Shown one piece after another: positions 37,621-51,853 of a stretch of 64,000 nt of DNA. How positions within the stretch are numbered: the first letter of the stretch is position 1; each line of letters opens with the position of its first letter. Position numbers and translations under genes: made by a program. Source of the stretch: Vicugna vicugna (taxonomy: Eukaryota); the NCBI GenBank assembly GCA_013265495.1, contig MU058844.1, positions 12,484,184 to 12,548,183 on the forward strand. Reading direction: 5' to 3'. The notes beneath the pieces were generated by a model. The model was given only the letters and a program-made list of their open reading frames with translations. It ran no database searches and had not been told where the DNA came from.

Positions 37621-39024
37621 AAAGACACCTAAAGATGTGTGTCATAAAATGAATCATACTGTCTCAGGATTAGACGGATCCTTTAAGTATGACCTATCCC
37701 AAACACCTACCAGATGCTTGAATCTTTCTATGATATTCATGCCCATTGATTATACAGGCTAATTCAAACCTGTCCAGCAATGGGTAACTCATTATCCCAG
37801 TGACCATGAATCAGCTCCCTCTAGGCTAAGATCATGCTGACCAGAAGGAAATTCTTCTTGATAATAATAAAAATCAGTCTCTCCATAAATTCTACCCCCC
37901 AGTCCTAGATCCATCCATTTGATTCCTACAAAAGATGTCTATGCAAACTAGAATCTAGCCAAATATAGAAAAAAGACTTTCAAGTTCTTTTGAGAAAGAA
38001 CTATTCAATTTTTAGAGCTATCCTAAATTTAGGTTTGGCATCACATAAGGGGATGAAGTTACAGAGTGAACTAATTTAGAGAAAAGTTAGATAAAGATTC
38101 CAAGGATTCAAGCATCAGCTAGATTTCTGAGAGTCCTTCTGAGGTTAATGTTCTAACTCTGATAAAGTCCATTGCCCATTGACAGTATATTAAGTAAATA
38201 TATCATAACCTATATTTAATACTGGTTAAGGAGGATGGATCACTCTGTATGAAAGTGCTGTGTGCCTACTCTAAAAATCTCAACTCCATATGTTGAAATC
38301 TATTTTTATCTTTGACATATTTTGAAGTCAGAAATAATATCAGCAGTCTGGTCCCCTCCAGAGACATAATCTCTTTAAAAGCTGTGTTCCAGCAATAGAC
38401 ATCTGCAGAGAGGAATAAATTCCCCAGCTTGGCTCCTATTTCAAAGTAGTCATTTTTACAGAAAATGGGGGGAAGGATTTTTTTACCTCCTCCTGAGGCA
38501 CCATAAGTCCCTAAAGGGTTAACCTAAATCAAAAATAAATACACTTCAAATTGGACAAATATAAAAAATGATATAGCAAGTTAGACACTGCACATTTGCT
38601 TTGGTTTTATCTCTAAGTTTAAATTTCAAGAGGTTCATGGTTCATGTCAAAATAACCTGTTGGTTCTTCCATAAATTTAACAGAATCAATGGGAATAAAG
38701 TATGAGAATTTCTGTACTTATCCAGAGTTTTGAAATGTTACCAAACTCAGAAAATAGAGTTCTATTTCAAAAGTATTGAAGTAATGGACTTAAAATGAAA
38801 GTTTCAACCTGCTCATTTTCAGAGTACTGTGAAATGCCTACATTCATTTATTTATTCAGCAAACATTCCTAGAGTTTACTGTGTGTCATTACAGGGCCAG
38901 GCAATGAGAAATTCATTTTGTACCTCTTTGAAGGAAAAATAGGCTGCAGAATAGAAAGACTATGTGAAAAATGAAGAAACTGTTGGCCCAGTCATCACTG
39001 GATATCAATCCATTTCAGTCACCA

Positions 39025-39543
39025 GGTAATAGGAAAGAACAAATCTGACTCCGTATTAGACCTCTTTCTTCCTTTAGCTCTAACCCTGTGCTCTGTTTCC
39101 TGTCCTTAGTCATGCTGGTTCTACACCTTTTGTAAAAGAATGTTGCCTACAGCCTGAAATATGTAGTATAGCCCATTCTCAAGGATCTGACCTTTAAGCA
39201 TATAACATTTTCTCATTTACATAGAAATTAAAAGTTGCAGAACAGAGAATAACATTTGTCTTGTTGGAGGTTTACAGGAACATCATGAACTGACCTACAT
39301 GGACAGCTGCAAGAACGAAGGATCTGGACACCAAGAAGTTTGCAACAACCACACTACCCCTCCCTTTTTAGTACAAAAAGAGCCTGAATTCTGACTTGAG
39401 GAAGATGGTTCTCTGGGGCGTTAGTCCCTCATCTTCTCGGTCTGCTGGCTTCTGAATAAAGTCGTTATTCTTTCCCCAACACCTCATCTCCCAATTTATT
39501 GGCCTGTCAGGCGGCGACAAGGACGAGCTTGGACTCGGTAACA
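39025..39543 (+). mobile_element. ERV1 solo LTR, MER41-like
   Basis: Starts gtaataggaaagaacaaatctgactcc, poly(A) signal ctgaataaagtcg, ends gagcttggactcggtaaca. 4-bp TSD remnant acca/acta. Confidence 0.75.
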
Positions 39544-42500
39544 ACTATATCCTGTACAAGACGACCCAACCATGGGAACAGGATACATTATTATGAAATA
39601 ATTTTTCTGCTACTAGTCTAACTGATGAAAAGTAAGCAAACTTTCCCCAGTGATTTATGTTCTGAATTATGCTGAGAGAGTTCTTTCTTCTAATATGAAC
39701 ATTTCATGCAACTTTCACAAGGGACTTGTTGAGCTCGTTACTTAAAGATATAAGTGAGTATTTACACACTCGCATCGCTACATTTTATTCTGGAGTCATC
39801 AAATGCTCAGTTGGAAAAGTACTTAGCCAGGTGATAAAATAATTTCAGTTTTACATCTGCACATAATTTCTTCCTCTTTAAATATAGTTTTCACTGCAAA
39901 AATGGGAATGGGAGAGAAGGCTTATGGGAATCCTAAGACGATGTTGCTCTCACAGTTTTGAAGGCACGGCAGCTGTTGCTGCAGAATTCCTCACCCCTCG
40001 GACCACCCTAAATCTGCAAGGCCTGGCAGGGCTACAGGCTGAGCCAGAATCCCTTTGGCGAATCAGAATTTCATGTGGCCCCAGTAAACCACATCACCGC
40101 CCTGTGTGGAGATAACTTGAGCTTTTTAAGTTACCGATATCAGAAATAACTGAGATATTTTTAATTTTTATTTTTATCCACAGGGAAAATAGAAACAGTT
40201 GAAGACAATAGAAAGAATTTAAAAGAGGGTTTTGTTTATCCCAGTACTTCAAAAAAGGAACCTGAAAAAAAATATTTCAAAGGCATCCTTGCCAGGAAGT
40301 CAACCTCTGTCCAGAGGGCTGCAGGAATAGGGTCTCTGTGTTGGTCCTTGTCAAAACATACTGTCCTTGTTGACAAAATCCCCAAGAGGCCACAGCTTGA
40401 ATTCTGTCCTCATTGGATACACACAATCCAAAAAGGGAAGAGGAAGTGATATCAATAATGGCTTTCTGGATTTGGGATTCTCTCTTTTTTTTTTTTTTTT
40501 AAGCACAAGATCCTTTCTTCAAAAGAAATCACAGCAGGGAGTCCAAACTGTAAAACAAATAAAATAATAAGACGAGAGGTGCTTTTGGCTTCAAATGGGG
40601 CTGGTAAGAGGTTCTTATTCTAACCCTGACTCATCTTTTAATGAATCCTCATCATTATTTTAATTTAGATCATGCAGACAGACAAGCTTTCCTACATTTT
40701 GCTACATGTGACATCAAATCTAATCACAATGTTCAGGTGGCCTGTAGTTAGCTCTGATGCTGGTTTTAGCCCAGAGCCTGACAGATGTGTCCCGAGTCAG
40801 TGAGTAAAAACTAATTATAGTTATATTTAATAAAAAAAAAAGAAGAAAACTACATGAATATACTGTGCTTAAAGTGACAAAGCGGTGAGAGTAGGGACTC
40901 CTTCCCACATCATGGAGTCTGGCGCCATGAAGTTCATGACTTCTGGAATTATAATGTCTTGGTTAAAAATCCAGCCTCTATGCGTGCTACCTTTATCAAA
41001 TAGTTAACCCTTTCAAAGACCCTGTTATGGCTGTCTATAAAATGTGGATAATAATAATAATAATAGTGCCTACCTCACAGAGCTGTTATGAGTATTAAGA
41101 GAATAAAGTTCTTAGAACATAGTAAGTGCTCAGTAAATATTAGTTACTACTCTTCATGGACTGTAATGCTGCACTCTGCCCTATAAGGATGGTACCAGTA
41201 CAAGTGGTATCCCAGCTTCAGTGCAGCAAATTGGTGTGGAGTTGGCTTCAGTGAATAATAGTCATCTTTGGCATATTAAAGACTCCAGCAGCCAAAGCTC
41301 CGGCCGCCATCAGGTCTACTACCCATCAACAGACCCTCTTGTTCCCACAGCAGCAGGAGGCTGTGTCTGTTGGTTGTGGCATGGTGCTGGACTCTGGAGA
41401 TCGTGAAAATCTCCTTCACACGGCTTTGAGGGTGCTAGAGGCCTCTTTACTCAGGCAAGGCAAGTCCCCTGAGATAGTCAAGAGTTCAACATGTTCAGAG
41501 AACAGCAAAATGGCCAGGCTACAGTGGAGTGAACAAGGGAAGACAGAAGGAGGTGAGGCAAGAGAGGCAACAGGTCCAGATCATGGGGCATCTTACAGGC
41601 TCTTCTACAACTTTGGACTTTTAATCTGAATGAGATGGAAAGCCATTGCAGGAATCTGAGAAGGGAAAAATCATTAGCTTGGTTGAAGTAAATGCCTAGA
41701 TAAGACTGTGACCCAAATGGCCCATCAGTTCTAAGAAACTAAGCGTCCATACAGGGTCAAGTGAACTGGGTGTGCTTTGATCTTGGTAGTCAAGTCAACT
41801 ACACACAGGTCATTCATTGCAAACTCAGAGTAGATTTTGCAGGTTTTAATAGCATCCAGACTGAGTGTAGAAATCATTAGCAGTATCTGGATAACTGTCA
41901 AACTTCCTTTAGATGCGATATTTCTACAGTATTACTTACTGAGTTATTGAACTGTGAAATACAGGTCAAGTATAACAACCCCAAAGTCTAGTTCAAATCT
42001 GAAGCAATTGGAAGTTAGTGTTTGTACCGTCTATGGGTCACTGAAAGTGCTAATCCACATTGGAATAGTACAGATTTGATGGAAGCAGAAACGAGGAAAA
42101 GTCTAGAAACGTCAGGAGACATTCAGTAACAACTATTCCCAAACCAAAGATTGTGTATACATACCTCAAATTTACAACAGCCTCAAGCCCTCTGACAGGC
42201 AGGGTTTCTTACCCACAGCAAATATTTGCTGAGTGGGTTTTATTTTAATATAATGTGTCAGCATTTCCTACACTCTGGATCTAAAGCCAATCCCATCAAT
42301 CATCTTTAAGGCTAGCTCTGTCATAAACACCCCAATGAGCTGAGGCAGTATTTTCTAAGAACTAGCAGTTACATGCCCCTTTAATCTCTCTGTTGTAGGA
42401 ATCTATTCCAATATCTAGTCACCCCACCCAAGAGATGAGCTACAGAGTAAATGCTCAAAGATTAACACATTTGGAACATTCACAGCACCTTGTGTATTGA

Positions 42501-45369
42501 AACATCAAGTGAAACTTCTGTAAAAGTTCTTACCTTAATTATTGTTATTTCCTGATAGTGGTTCCTAACCATTAACAATGTGATTCATGGAATTACAGTT
42601 TAAAAAACCAAACCATCAAGGTCTTCACAGATGAGGAAATCAAAGTCCAAAGAGGTTAAGGGATTTTTTTCCTGGGTCTCAAAGCAAGTTAGTTGCAAAG
42701 CCACAACTTTAGCTCATGTCCCATGACTGTCAGCTCAGGGTTTCTTCCACTTCGTGATGCTTCCACTCAAGCTGGGTTAATCAGCTAATGTTCTATGGTA
42801 GCAAGCAACAGAAATTGTCTTGGCAAATGTAAACAAGGGAAGGGTTAATAAAAAGGATATGGGGGAATCACAAAATGGAAGAAAGCCATGAAAAACTAGT
42901 CTTAACTACAGAAACCCAGCTGATTCCAGAAGGTCTCAGGAAGGTATTCAGGAGCTCCAATAATTTTCTCCAACCTTGCATCATTCCACTCAAGACTTAA
43001 AGCTGCATGAAACTCTTGATATTATCATGTGCCTGCATCTAGATGGTTCTTGAGTGATACAAAAAAGGATCCAATAGAAAGGTTTCCAGAAATCACTTTA
43101 CAGTCCATGATGGCAGAGCAAATACTTGGGTTTACCACCACACCAGGACACAATGGAGAGAATTACTTTCCCCAAATACAATCAGAGTGTAGGTAGGAAA
43201 AGGTATTGGTGCTGAGGGGTCAACAAATGATAAATGTTGTTCCAAGATAAAATAATACAAGATCTTGTACAACTTGAAGAGGATGGAAACTAAATTTTAG
43301 AAAGCAGAAACTGCTTATAAAATTAAGACAGTTGAGCACAATATTATTCTAAGTTAATAAAATTTATATCATTCTAAGAGTGACATGAATAGTTAAGGAT
43401 TTATTGGATGATATTGTGTTAAATTAGAAACATGGCTGGAACATTTAAATTACTGAATTTCTTATAACTCTGGGGCATGGAAAGGAATAAATACTGATAA
43501 ATTTATAGCCTTCATTAACTATTCTGACTACTAAAGAGAATGAAGTCATTCTTAACACCCCAAGGTTACCCAGAAAATTAGCAAGAGATGGCAATTTAGA
43601 AGTGAATATGTGTGGGGTTATATTGTGGGATTCATCCATAAGATAAGTGGATTTGATCACAGCAGCCAAGATATCTGTTTAATGGCTAAAAATACCATCA
43701 ATAAAATGTTACTATGATTTAATTCAGTAAATACTTATTGACTCCTTACTGTATGACAGACACTAACACAACTTTGAGTGAAGCCTAATCCTTGCCCTTA
43801 AAAATATTATGCACTGATGGTGAAGGCGCACGTGCATGCACACAGACGCACAAAGATAGACATGCATTTCATCACTTTCATGGGTAATATTTCAAGCTTT
43901 GAGCTACAGCTACCACTGTCCTTTGGGGGTTAATGTTCACAGTCTCCACTGCAGCACTTCCAAAGCTCCTGGCTTTTGAGATGGTGGTTGGCCCATTTGG
44001 ATCTGTTGGTTGGGTACTGAGAGCAATGTTTTGTGCAGACGGGTATCACTGTCAGAAAATCAACAAGTGATGTGCTGGTTGCAGACTGTTAGAGGGGACA
44101 GCCTCTTCCTCATTCCTGGTGTTTCCTTTAATGGTGAGAGAAGCATGACTAATGTAACACTGCTGACTCACCGGTCCAATTTTATGAGAGAGGTTTAAGT
44201 AGAGCCATTTCCCTATCTGATAAAATTGGGAAGAACAAACTGGGCATGCTCATATCATCTCCCTTTTTCCTCTCAGGGGCAAACTTGCTTACCAAGAGTA
44301 GTGGGAGCAGCCAGTAACCTCATGGGAGAGGGAGGGAGAACCTGCCCTTCATCCAGCACCCCCAAGTGAGGACAGAAGGTCCATCTATCTCATCTGGGAT
44401 TCTATAATGCATATTCTACATCTTCAATGAGCATTTATCAATAATAGGGGTGATATTGTGGTTCTTGTTTACCACCTCTTGGTTTTATGTCTGAATTTGT
44501 TCAGAGTTCAGGCATATCCCACTATCCCAGATCATACCTGTCTCTGCCTCTCACCAGGTTATACTCCCTCCCTCTCCACTCCTCCCCCACATGAAGAGGC
44601 CCCAGCACAAATGAGAAGGACAGTTAAGGCGATATAAAATCCACAGTGGAATGGGACTGGACCCTCCGAGGCTGCTCACTCAGCTCTCACACGGTTCCCT
44701 GGTGCTGGTGCCAGACAGCACCCACTCTAGAGGATGGTGTGCAAGCTCTCTCTGGAGACTGGCTCCAGGCTTGTCTGTGTGAACCCTCCAGATGTGGTGT
44801 ATCATCCTGGATCCCATCAATCTCTGTCTCCCACTTGTCTGTGTCCCCTCCACCTCGTCCCTGTCCCCCATACTCCATCTAGGGAACCCCGGCTATGAGT
44901 TAGTTCTTTTATAAGTCATCAAATCTTGTATCAAATCTGTTATCTCTACATGGGTTCTTCCTATTCCCATTTCCAGGCTTTGAAACTTAAAGGTCAAGAG
45001 TCAACTTGTTTTTTGTCTCGACATGTCTACTCTGTCACCCCTTCCCTGAGGCAAAAACCATGAAATACTTAGCTGGCTGAATGAAATAAAGGCCAAGGGG
45101 TTAGAATAAAGATGGGAAACAAAAACTTTATTCAAAAATATTATTCCAACCCACAGGTGACTAAGCAATTACAATTTGATGTCAAAAACAGAAGAAGTAA
45201 GCACAGAGCACCACATGGATACAAACGACGGCCATTTAATCCAGCAGACTTTGTGGGAGACATTAGGCAAAGCTTTGGGGAAAAGAGCATTCCAGGTCAA
45301 GGCTTGAAACTGTCAGAATAGAATCTGAGTTCTTGCAAAGGCATATATATTTGTGTGTGTGTTTGTGAT

Positions 45370-46250
45370 GTAGAGATTCTTTAATTTGGGTTGAATGTTT
45401 ACTTTTGGATTTGGAAAATTCCAACATAAATGTAGAAAAAAAGAGTACAACGAATCCCTAATACCAAGTGTGTCACCAAGCTGCATTAATTATCAACTCA
45501 TGGCCAGTCTTATTTCATTTAAAACACCCATTTCCCCTGCCCAAATTATTTTGAAGCAAATTCTAGACATCTGAAAAGGTAAGGACTTATAAAATAGAAC
45601 CTCAATACAGTATTACTAAGATTTCTTTAATATCATTAAATAACCAGTCAGTCAGCATTCAGATTTCCCTAATCACATCCATTAAAGAAACACAATTGGA
45701 AGGTTCAAATCAGATTCCAGACAAGGAAGTTCATGCATTGTTTTTGTTTGATAGTCATGTTAAGTCTCTTTTCATCTATAGCTTCCCCCTCCTTTTTTCT
45801 CTGGCAATTCATTTGTCAAAGAAACCAGATTGTTTGTCCTACAGAGTTTCTCACATTCAGGATTTTGATGAATAAACTCCTGTGGTGTCTTTTTATATAT
45901 TCCTCTTTGCTCTCTATTCACCATAAGTTGGTTGGTAGACCTAAAGTTTGATCTGATAACATTGATTTTGTATGGCCCCAAAATACCTCATGGGTGGTCT
46001 TGTACACTTCCAATAGGAGTCAAATAATTTTCTAGTGCCCCTCTGTGATGTTAACAAGAGCTGAAGACAATTGCCTAGATTCATTATTTCATTAAGGGTT
46101 TTTATTTGTATTTTAGAGGTTTCTAACAAATTCCACAGAAAGAATTCCTGCTCTTCTGTGATATGGAGGAGGGTAAGTATTTCAGATTGACATACAACTT
46201 CTAACACTGTGGAGCTACAGTCAACAGAGTGAGGAAGAGAAGCCCTCAAC
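45370..46250 (-). mobile_element. Ancient L1 (L1MC/ME-type) 3' region
   Basis: attatcaactcatggccagtcttatttcat...ttattttgaagcaaattctagacat. Confidence 0.6.
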
Positions 46251-47819
46251 AGCTTCGCCAGCTACTCTGAAATAAAGCTTTATAGTGTGTCAAAGAACGC
46301 TGGTAAAACTCCTTTAACGGCAGGGCTGCGATACCCAAAGAATGACTCTTAAATTGAGAACAGATTTAAATGCAGTTTCCAGAGCAATTCTACCATGAAA
46401 CAGAGACTTCTGGAATTCTGATTTCATTTCCTTTATGCTCACTATTCAGTCACATTCCCCTAGATTCACTAAATAGGAATAAAAACCCATTTATTCCATT
46501 TCTATCCATTTGCATTTTCTTCCTGATATGGACAGATTTCACTCCCTCAAGTCGAAATTCTCCTTGTCATAAATGAAAAATCAGTTGGATTCATTTACAG
46601 ACAGAGCTGTCGAAGATAAAAAGTCACTGAACGTGGAGAGCAAAGACAGCACCACGAAACAAGAGCGGCATGTATTTTCTCACCCAGGACATCTGCGAGC
46701 AGTTAAGGTGTTGTGATCATTCTTTTCCTTTGTGCATCAAATTGCTAAGCCACCTGTTAAGGTTTCAGTATGACTCACCTCACAAGGCAGACTGAGAATT
46801 TATACTAAATGAAGAATTGCTCCCAAGACTAACACTTTTTAAAATACAGCGTGGCTAAATTCATTTCTTATCTAACAGGCAGTAATGAAAAGCAATATTT
46901 CTATCACACTGGTTTCATAGATCCCAACCAATCCAACAAAAGAAAAGATTTGTTTTCCTGTATACCTCATGGAAGGCACAAATGCAAATGAAATAATAAT
47001 CATAAGTTTTTAGCCACCCAAGGAATATTAGGATGAGGGTTGGGGGAGGGTGGGTTGGCAATTATGAAAACAACAGATTTTCCCATCAAAAATATGAACA
47101 CCATATGAGGTGCCTAAACTCACAGCTTGGCATTACATTACAAACCACCGCTGAACTTACAATGTGTCACATTTCAAAGAAGCCTAGCTATGTTTTCAAG
47201 TGCAATCTTTAACACTTTGAGTTCCCTTTGATGTCAGTTCTATCTCTAGCTTAGTGACTGTTTCCTAATAAGCTTATTTAAAAACACCAGTCATAACAGC
47301 TCTTCATTTCAGAAGTGAGCATAGGAAATAGTACGATGCATGATCATTAACTAGTTGTTTGCTTGCACCCTGCCTTATTCATGATGGCTTTAAGACAGCT
47401 TCTAAAAACACATAAAATAAGGTGAGAAAAAAAGAAACAAAGAGAAAGCAATGAAGACATAAAACAGGTAAGAATGAGGCTAGTCCACAAAAGCTGTGTC
47501 TGTATGCTTCCAAGAAGGGTATGGCCCAAGCATGAAGAGACTTTTCTAAGACTCAAGGACATCACTGAATAAAGCCAAGGGAGGCTGACTAAATGTGGAC
47601 ATTGCTACTCAGGCCCTCATCTTGTGATAAGTTTCTCCCAGCCTATCATCACTTCTATGACTTTAAAACTTTTAGGTTAAACAAATGGAGCACACAATGG
47701 AAAGCCATAATTTTAGCTTGTTCATATCATCAACTCCCCCAGATTTCTTCAGAAATATTTCCCTTATCCTACACCTAGTATAACTATCAAAGACCTTGGT
47801 ATGCCCTTTGAGAGTTTCG

Positions 47820-48152
47820 TACAAAATTAATAAACAGAAGCCGCAGTTAAATAGAGTCTGGAGACCAGAAGGGGGCGCTCTCATGTCCCAGGACAATAGC
47901 AGAGCCCAATAGAAAGAAGAAAGACTCTTCTTTCCTGGCAAGGACTCAGCCAATGAAAATTCAGAGCCTTAGTTTACCACTGTCCTCTCAACTTCCTTTC
48001 CCCTCTATAAACGTGTTCTCTTTTCCTCGCCCTGGGGGCACTTGAACATGGCTTTCCATGGTTGCAGGCCCTGAATTGCCATTCTTTGCTGATCCCAGAT
48101 GAGCCCATCTTTGTTGAAGAAATATCTGGTCATCTATTTGTTTTAGGTCAAT
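47820..48152 (+). mobile_element. ERV1-class solo LTR (MER34/LTR39-like)
   Basis: CCAAT boxes (gcccaatag, agccaatg), TATA (ctataaa), end atctatttgttttaggtcaata. The 5' boundary is approximate. Confidence 0.65.
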
Positions 48153-48439
48153 ACTTTCAAGCCTTTTGAAGAGTTTCTAAAAATCAGAGTCTGGATTATT
48201 TAAACCATTTTCCCCTAATTTCAGCATGGACCATTTTTACACCACATTCTAACTCCAGTGAGTCTTATAAAGGGTACTCCCTAAAGCTTTATTTGCCTTT
48301 GGCAGCTGAAAAGTCATTCATCCATCCATTGTTTTATTTATTCATAAATTCATCAATTTAACAAATATTTCTTGAGCATTTTCTATGTTCCAGAAGTGGC
48401 ACTAGGCAAAATGAGGAAGGATGGATCAGGATACAGATT

Positions 48440-48795
48440 CCGTCTTTAAGGAGCAGAGCAGATGTGAGGCCTAATCTGAACCCCCTTTGTATCCCCTTCC
48501 CTATGAAGCACCTCATCTCCAAGACTTCCAGAAGCTTGGTGTTGTCATTTGACATAGTCAAATGAGACATGAGAACATGTATGCTTGGATTTCTGGAAAA
48601 GCTTTCTTGATGAAATGAAAGGCTTTGCTAAAGCAGAGACTTTGGCTCTGCAGAGGATCAGCTGCTGGACTAATCTGTGAAGCTGGTTTCTTTCATTTTG
48701 ATATTTTTATTTTGTATGTAAAAAAAACTACCTGTGTAAGCCAACCTGAGTCAAATTTTCTGCTACTTGCAGCCTAAGGCATTCCTAACTAAAAT
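48440..48795 (+). mobile_element. Old MaLR LTR (MLT1K/L-like)
   Basis: 3' end gtgtaagccaacctgagtcaaattttctgctacttgcagcctaaggcattcctaactaa. Confidence 0.55.
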
Positions 48796-49509
48796 TGATG
48801 AACTCACAGTCTATCAGAAAAATTAGACACAGGTAACAGTACGCTACAAAACAAAAAGAAAAAAAAATGCTATTAGGCTCCAACAAAGTACTATTAGCTT
48901 TGAAGAATGTAAATCATTTTTATCTAGGAAATAATCGAGGAAGAAGAGATGAATGGGAATGGGGAAGAAGAGGAGAAAAGGGAAGGTTTTTGCTTTTGCT
49001 TGTATTTGACTCAGCAAACATGCTTTAGAAATAATTTGAGGCAGCACCTCCTTCTCAAAGCTCAGACAACACAACAGTCATCCTGCAAAATGCTGAAACA
49101 TGGCAGTGAGATTGGGAGATTAGGGAGAGAGAGAGCAATGAGGAAGAGTTAGTAATTTTGGACAGAGATGGGGTAGCTGCACCGTGAACCATAACTTGGG
49201 GGAGAAGAGAATTTTTAGGCAGTTTTGGTAAATGCTGAATAATGAGATTGCACCTTTCCTTTCTCTTTTAGATACTTCCATAATGATTTTTTTTTATTTC
49301 TTATGGCTTTTGGAAGTGGATGTGCATTCTAATAAATGAAATACTGTACAAAGCAGAAACTTTAGGCAACTTAACAAGGGCCAGAATATTCAACTTTCAC
49401 ACACATTATCATAGTTAATCATTACAACTACTCTAGGAAAGTGTTTTTTTTTAATATGAAGAACTGGGGCTCAAAGTACTTAAGTATTTGACTCAGTTCT
49501 TATCTTTAG

Positions 49510-50051
49510 AACATGGAACCAGCCTAAATGTCCATCAACAGGTGACTGGATAAAGAAGATGTGGTCTATTTCTACAATGGAATACTACTCAGCCATAAAA
49601 ACTGACAACATAATGCCATTTGCAGCAACATGGATGCTCCTGGAGAATCTCATTCTAAGTGAAGTAAGCCAGAAAGAGAAAGAAAAATACCATATAAGAT
49701 CACTCATATGTGGAATATAAAAAACAAAAACAAAAACAAACAAACAAAAACAAAGTGTAAATACAGGACAGAAATAGACTCACAGAGAATACAGACTTGT
49801 GGTTGCCAGGGGGGTGGAGGGTGGGAAGGGATAGACTGGGATTTCAAAATTGTAGAATAGATAAACAAGATTACACTGTATAGCACAGGGAAATATACAC
49901 AAAATGTTATGATAACTCACAGAGAAAAAACAGAGAAAAAGACAATGAGTGTGTATATATCCATAAATGACTGAACAATTGTGCTGAACACTGGAATTTG
50001 ACACAACATTGTAAAATGATTATAAATCAATAAAAAATGTTAAAAAAAAAA
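49510..50051 (+). mobile_element. Young 5'-truncated L1 with a complete 3' end, same subfamily as 15921-16594
   Basis: Near-identical to 16176-16585, then continues through gacaatgagtgtg...tcaataaaaaatgttaaaaaaaaa. Confidence 0.93.
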
Positions 50052-51701
50052 GAAAGTTGCACAGTGAAAATTGAATAGACTTTGCCCATTTCCAAAATCT
50101 GTTCTCTTTTTACTATACTATGTGGCCTGGAAGAAAAGGGAATGGAGAAAAATAGGAGGGAGGTGGATACAAGTAGGGCTGAAAAAAAAAGAATTCGTTA
50201 GACAGGAATTTCCCTGAAATTCCATAATTTATAACCAGAAGACAAAAGGAAGGTTTGTTATTCTGCATAGGGAAGCAAGACACACGGTTTTTTTGTTAGG
50301 TGAAAAGTAGCTATACTACCAAGTATCTCGGTAACCTTGGAGGATGTGCTTAACATCTCTGGCTCTCAGTTTTCTCATGTGTAAGACGAGTTACTGTGAG
50401 GACTCAAGGAGATAATGCATGTATAAAGTACTTTGCTGCAGTGTCCAGCATGTTGTAAGTTTCAAAACTGTTAATTATTGCTATCATCATGATTACTCTA
50501 ATTATTTCTCTGCTGGTCCCAATCAGTGCTCAACTGCAAGTGAGAATTTGTCATTGTGTTCCTTTTCTGTTCTTAAAGAAGATTCGTTTCCAAGAGGTCA
50601 AAAAAGGAGACAAGAGATGCTGACCAGCAATGGGAAAAAAGTAATATCGGGAGAATAGGCTGCAAGATGAATGATCTTGGACCATCACCAAGATCAGGAG
50701 GACTTCACAGCAAATAGCATCCATGCTGCTCTTATATAGAGCAAGGCTCCTGGAATGTCCGAGCAGCCAGGCTTCTGGGGCTGGAATGGAAATTTTCATG
50801 GAGGGAGACTAAAAGGAAAACCAGAAGGTCGCAAAGGAAGGGGCCTCCCACTCTCCAAGAAGATAAAATTGGATTGTTTCTTCCTTTACTTGATGTTTAA
50901 AACACACTGAGTGAACTCAGTGTTTTTAAAAGCATATGGACATGCCATAATTTTTTGCTGACTGCAACACCTGAAATATTCCCCTAAAAATTTCTAAGCT
51001 GGATTTCCTTAAAATGTTTTTTTCCCCTAAAAAAATGCCTAAGCTTGCAGCAGTTATAAATAAACCCTTTGTTCCTGGGAATCCTAGGAATTGACTCTTA
51101 AAACTTTTAAAAATTTTGGTATGATTCCTGAACAGTAAACTACACATATTTCAGATGTATACTTTGATGAATTTTGATAGATGGATACACCAATGAAACC
51201 ACCACCACAATCAAGGCAGCTAACATTTCCATCACTCCCCAAGAGATACAAATTTCAAATTCCCAACCTATCCCTTCTAAAACTTTAATATAGTTGTAGC
51301 TAATGGCTTATAAACTGTTAAATAGTGAAACAAAAATGTCTACTAAGCAAGAACAGGGACCCAGGAGGTAAAGAGTTGAAGGCAGGTACATCTTCATCTA
51401 TACCAGGCTGGGAAAAAGACCCTCATAAGATAATATAAGGCTGAGAGGAAATCCTCTGTGAGTGAAATATGAGATACAAAAGAACACTGTAGTAGGAGAC
51501 CCTGAGAAGAAGAATAGACTTGTGAGGACCAGACCACCCAGTGATGGAAGAAGTAACAGCTGGCCACTGAAGTTACACGGCCTTCCATCTTTTCCACCTC
51601 TGGACCATTGTCTGGTCTTCCAATTTTATTTCTCTCCCTTGGTTTCAGTCTCCAAGTTTGGGACATACTGTGAACACAGCAATTTATTAATGTAGAAGTA
51701 C

Positions 51702-51853
51702 TTTTAGAGCAGGGTGCTAATTAGGTTTATTTATTTATTTATTTATTCATTCATTCATTCATTCATTTATTCTTGGAGGAGGTACTGGGGATTGAACCCT
51801 GGACCTCATGCATGCTAAGCATGTGCTCTACCATATAAACTGTACCCTCTCCC
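51702..51853 (-). mobile_element. tRNA-derived SINE, Vic-1-like, minus strand
   Basis: ggtactggggattgaaccctggacctcatgcatgctaagcatgtgctctacc, (TTTA)n(TTCA)n tail, TSD aat(g/t)tagaagtac. Confidence 0.88.
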
